Origin: Aulosira sp. ZfuVER01
GTDB lineage: Bacteria; Cyanobacteriota; Cyanobacteriia; Cyanobacteriales; Nostocaceae
NCBI GenBank assembly: GCA_034530615.2
Contig: JAVRCV020000032.1
Span: forward strand, 1-64,000
Reading direction: 5' to 3'
DNA length: 64,000 bases
Both the position numbers and the translations under genes were made by a program. The notes under the pieces were generated by a model. It saw only the letters and a list, made by a program, of their open reading frames with translations. It had not been told where the DNA came from and made no database searches. Below, piece by piece: positions 60,390 to 64,000 of this stretch (position 1 is the first letter of the stretch; each line of letters starts with the position of its first letter).

Positions 60390-63300
60390 CTAAAACGAAT
60401 GCCAAACCCGATAAAACGCTAAATAATCCATATTCTCTGCACAGTGCCAGAGTAATTTATAACATTCACGACATAGTTCTAATTTAGAGTCTTGAGATTT
60501 ATCAAAACAGCAATTCTTCAAAGATGCAATTACTTTTGGTAACTGTTCATTTAACAGAATTTCTTTTAAATTATCTGCTGTTCGTTTGCGCAGGTTTAGA
60601 CTTTGGGTTGACTTAATTAGCTGCAATAAAGTGGTGAATGCTACTAAATTGCCTGGCTCAAGTTGTGCTAATTTATAAGCCTTGCGTCTTTTGGTATCTT
60701 CATCCTCTGTTGAGGCGATACCTCGGAGTAATTCGGCAATTTTGGTGTTGATAGAGTAATGAGTTGAGGGAGTAGATTGTTCTTTACCCTTACTTCTTAG
60801 ATTCCGGTTTGAAGGGAGAGAAGTAGTTTTGGAACTGCTTTTTAGCTTCCTATCAAAGTGAGATTCTTCACCATCAAGCGTGGCTAAATTTTCTAATGCT
60901 TGTCGTTTTTGGGATAAATCGATTGCAGATTCAGCGATTTTTTTGAGTGTGGAGATTGCAATTACATTATTAGCATCGATTTTTCCTAAACTATAAGCGG
61001 CTTTACGACGGGTAGATTCATTCTTGCTAGACTCGATAATTTCAATCAAAGCGGCGATCGCAATTTTGTTACCTGGATCGACTCTGCCTAAACTATATGC
61101 CGCCTGCCAGCGAATTGATTCGTAGCGGAGAGTGTTGGCGATTTGTTCTAATGCGGCGATCGCAATTTTGTTACCCGGCTCAAAAACCTTTCCCAAACTG
61201 TAAGCTGCATTCCAGGTGTCGAAGTCGTTTTGGCTAGATTTGATGAATTTTTCTAAAGCTGCGATCGCTTTTGGGCGATCGGTTTTTAATAATGCTACTC
61301 GCGCACATTCAACAATTGGTGGTGGATATCTCAATGGCTTTTGGTTTTTATCTTGGTCTTGAAACTCGCAATAGCCAAAACGCCACTCTACTAATTGTTC
61401 AACAATTTCATCGGCTTTTTGGCAATCTGCAAACTCGGCAATTCCTTGTGCAGCAATAAAATAAGCTTGATGGCGATAATATCCCCCACATTCGTCAGGA
61501 AAATCAATTAATGCTTGGATAAATTCTTCTTTGTGCGCCTGTGGGATGTCATCTCTACCCAACCACAGCAAAATTACTTCTCGCCACTCGGATGCAAAAA
61601 TGCGGTAACTGAGGTTATCTAATGTGTAATTTAAGAAAAAATGCCAATCACTAACAGCTTGTGCGGCAAAATATTCTTGAAACGTGGGATGGTAAAAAGC
61701 ATAAACTTTTTCCCCTTGAGTTTCTGATATACCAACTTGATTGAGCCAACCTAACTGTAATGCCAATTGAAATAAGCCATCATCAGGATGTCCCAAAACC
61801 TGACAAACAAAGCGATGTCGCAAACGAAACTTAGTTTTTTCTTGGGTTATGGCTAACAGTGCTAATTCTCCCAGTCCCCTATTTAACTGCTGTCGCTGGC
61901 TTAAAGTCGTAGGGAAGCGATCCTGTTTCCATTCGTAAATTGACTCTACAAACTGTTCATACAGCATTGCTTTGGTGTTAGGCAAATTGCCCCGTGCTAG
62001 CCCCCAAGTACGGCACAATAGAGCTAATCGCAGGGGATTTTTCACCGCATCCTTCAGCCGTCGCCGTTCCGGTTGATCTAACTCTGCTTGTAAACTCTCT
62101 CCACAAGCGGGATTATCTTGAAACCACCGCCGAATAAACTCTCCGACTTGATTGTATAAACTTTGGGAACGCCAGGAAAATTCTTTGCCATAACTAAAAT
62201 TTAGGTTGCGATAGGTGTTAAAAGATTGCAGCGCATTTTTACCCCCATCCCAAACATTCAGCCGACAAGTCAAAATTATCCTTGCATCTGCTACCCAACC
62301 TGTTAAATAACTAGCAATTTTACTTAAGGCTTGGCTAAATTCCAAAGCCATTTCATCCACTGCATCTAATAGCAGCCAAACCCGTCCTTGATTAAACTGT
62401 TCGCAGAATGCTTCCTCGATTTCTTCAGAAACACGTAGCTTGCGAAAAGCTGTAGGTAGCCAATCTTGAATTAAGTACTGTTCCAAAGTTTTACTTTGTA
62501 AGTCTGCCAAATCAATCCATACGGCTAAATCTTCAGTATTATCTAAAACCCATGCAGCAATTTTTTGTAGTAAAGTAGTTTTTCCGGCTCCTGGTTCTCC
62601 GACTATTGCAATGCGATGATTTTGTTGTTCCCCTAATAGTTGTTGGAGAAATTGCTCATGGTTGAAAGTCTCAGTAATTTCCGCATCTTCTGGTTCATAT
62701 AACCGCGAACCTTCTTGCGGAGTTACATCACCACGCTGACGCAGCCGATGTTTGCGTTCAACCAATCCCAAAGGCACATAAACTTGATCTAACTCAAAAC
62801 TGACACCATCAGCGCTAGTGAGAGGATTGGTTGTAAGTCGTTGGTGATTTTGCGCTTTTAAAGCATTACAGCAAAGCTTTTGCCAATCAAGTTGCGAAGA
62901 TGAGTCTCCCCCTTGTCCCCCTTGTCCCCCTTGTCCCCCTTGTCCCCCTTGTCCTCCCTGTCCCCTTGTCCCCCCATCATCCCCCGCCACCTGCTTCGAC
63001 TTCTCCGGCCTGCGGCGTTCCCATTCAAGATCGAATTTTTGTAAATTGGCTTCTATATCTTGGCGTTTATGCCAGATGTTGAGGGTAAAGTGCCAAGTTT
63101 CCGAACCGCCGCGAGATGGACGATTATCTTCGAGAATTTCTAAGAAATCTGCGAACCGCTTTAAAGCTTCTTTAATTTGTTCAGCGTTTAATTGCTCCTC
63201 CCTTAACGCTAAAGTTGTCAATGCTTGTAAAAATCGCACTTTTGTTCTGACAACCAGCCGATTTTCAGATAACCAACGAGTTTGGATTTGGGGACGCAAT

Positions 63301-63416
63301 GCATCTAAAGTTGCTTCATCCCTAGAGGCGATCGCATCATTAGCGTAAGCTAACAATACCTCTAATAAGCGCCGCGATCGCTTTTTTGCTTCTGGGCCAT
63401 AACTCGGTCTTGCCAT
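60390..63416 (-). CDS. NACHT (STAND) NTPase with C-terminal HEAT repeats
   Basis: Walker A GEPGAGKTT, Walker B LLLDAVDE, NPLRL, FYHPTFQEYFAA, repeats AAYSLG. Confidence 0.92.
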   Translation of the reverse strand: MARPSYGPEAKKRSRRLLEVLLAYANDAIASRDEATLDALRPQIQTRWLSENRLVVRTKVRFLQALTTLALREEQLNAEQIKEALKRFADFLEILEDNRPSRGGSETWHFTLNIWHKRQDIEANLQKFDLEWERRRPEKSKQVAGDDGGTRGQGGQGGQGGQGGQGGQGGDSSSQLDWQKLCCNALKAQNHQRLTTNPLTSADGVSFELDQVYVPLGLVERKHRLRQRGDVTPQEGSRLYEPEDAEITETFNHEQFLQQLLGEQQNHRIAIVGEPGAGKTTLLQKIAAWVLDNTEDLAVWIDLADLQSKTLEQYLIQDWLPTAFRKLRVSEEIEEAFCEQFNQGRVWLLLDAVDEMALEFSQALSKIASYLTGWVADARIILTCRLNVWDGGKNALQSFNTYRNLNFSYGKEFSWRSQSLYNQVGEFIRRWFQDNPACGESLQAELDQPERRRLKDAVKNPLRLALLCRTWGLARGNLPNTKAMLYEQFVESIYEWKQDRFPTTLSQRQQLNRGLGELALLAITQEKTKFRLRHRFVCQVLGHPDDGLFQLALQLGWLNQVGISETQGEKVYAFYHPTFQEYFAAQAVSDWHFFLNYTLDNLSYRIFASEWREVILLWLGRDDIPQAHKEEFIQALIDFPDECGGYYRHQAYFIAAQGIAEFADCQKADEIVEQLVEWRFGYCEFQDQDKNQKPLRYPPPIVECARVALLKTDRPKAIAALEKFIKSSQNDFDTWNAAYSLGKVFEPGNKIAIAALEQIANTLRYESIRWQAAYSLGRVDPGNKIAIAALIEIIESSKNESTRRKAAYSLGKIDANNVIAISTLKKIAESAIDLSQKRQALENLATLDGEESHFDRKLKSSSKTTSLPSNRNLRSKGKEQSTPSTHYSINTKIAELLRGIASTEDEDTKRRKAYKLAQLEPGNLVAFTTLLQLIKSTQSLNLRKRTADNLKEILLNEQLPKVIASLKNCCFDKSQDSKLELCRECYKLLWHCAENMDYLAFYRVWHSF

Positions 63417-63500
63417 CGCTGTATTTCTAGGACTGGAAGAAGTTCGCTTAATTATCCAAGTTTAGCAACTTCCCTGAAAGTCTCAACGCAGTCTGGTGCA

Positions 63501-63700
63501 TTGTTAATACATGGCGTCGTCTTGTTAATGCATCGGGTCGCATTGTTAATACATGGCGTCGTCTTGTTAATACATGGCGTCGTCTTGTTAATGCATCGGG
63601 TCGCATTGTTAATGCATGGCGTCGTTTTGTTAATGCATGGCGTCGTCTTGTTAATGCATCGGGTCGCATTGTTAATGCATCGGGTCGCATTGTTAATGTA
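63501..63700. repeat. 21-bp tandem array, 9 full units of two variants
   Basis: TTGTTAATRCAT + GGCGTCGTY (A) or CGGGTCGCA (B); order A B A A B A A B B, then a partial unit. Confidence 0.95.
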
Positions 63701-63754
63701 TTGTTTGTAGCGGAGACTAAGAGCCAATTTTCCTGGCGGATAATCTCAACAACG

Positions 63755-64000
63755 CTAAATTCCCTCACAAACGCTTTTAAGCATCTGTCGTAACCAACAA
63801 TTTGCTTGATCCCGATCTGTAAGTTTGCTCCACAGCATTGAAATCATCCACGGTTGTGTTTGTACAGGAAGTTCAAAAATTTTTAATGTGCCTTGACATA
63901 CAAACGGTGCTACTAATCGTGAAGGAACAGCAGCAACCAAGTCACTCGCAGAAATGATTGCAGGTAGCACTAGTAAATGAGGAGTCGTCAAAACAACTCG
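63755..64000 (-). CDS. LysR-family regulator, C-terminal part (runs off the window)
   Basis: PH...LP.II..SDLVAAVPSRL, ELP, MLW......DQANCWLR; frame open to the window edge. Confidence 0.85.
   Translation of the reverse strand, partial: RVVLTTPHLLVLPAIISASDLVAAVPSRLVAPFVCQGTLKIFELPVQTQPWMISMLWSKLTDRDQANCWLRQMLKSVCEGI

Noticed and set aside
63501..63700. CRISPR array
   Set aside because: No unique spacers (only two 9-bp tail variants), period of 21 bp is too short, and no cas genes are present
1..64000. tRNA/rRNA genes and intact transposases or integrases
   Set aside because: None recognised by eye; a tRNAscan/Infernal run would be needed to exclude them fully

Overview
AT-rich chromosomal DNA from a filamentous, probably heterocystous (Nostocales-like) cyanobacterium. 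The assignment rests on frequent HIP1 octamers (GCGATCGC), 7-bp STRR arrays and the gene content. 1-14.5 kb is mostly housekeeping: peptide ABC permease, apt, DUF3038/DUF4335-like genes, FHA-PBP1A, lspA, bioY and pstSCAB with a Pho box. 15-21.3 kb holds a degenerate cysteine hydrolase, a PAS histidine kinase and a 1260-aa carbamoyltransferase-methyltransferase fusion with a peptide-like C-terminal tail. 21.8-33 kb has an M16 peptidase pair, small genes, a candidate sRNA, a GH13 enzyme and a GTPase. 33.2-53.1 kb looks like one glycan synthesis/export locus: an outer-membrane barrel, two DUF3131-like genes (three domains), a PEP-CTERM protein, a PilZ-less plant-like GT2 synthase, a complete partner-switching module and a hybrid kinase. 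It is interrupted by a 3.4-kb island with toxin-antitoxin pairs, an attC-like site and a small gene beside a 20-bp tandem array. 53-64 kb has CHAT-TPR, ComFB, DUF928, CHASE2-GGDEF-EAL, a NACHT-HEAT protein preceded by a 21-bp two-variant tandem array, and a partial LysR gene. All family calls come from motif recognition by eye; no database searches were run.
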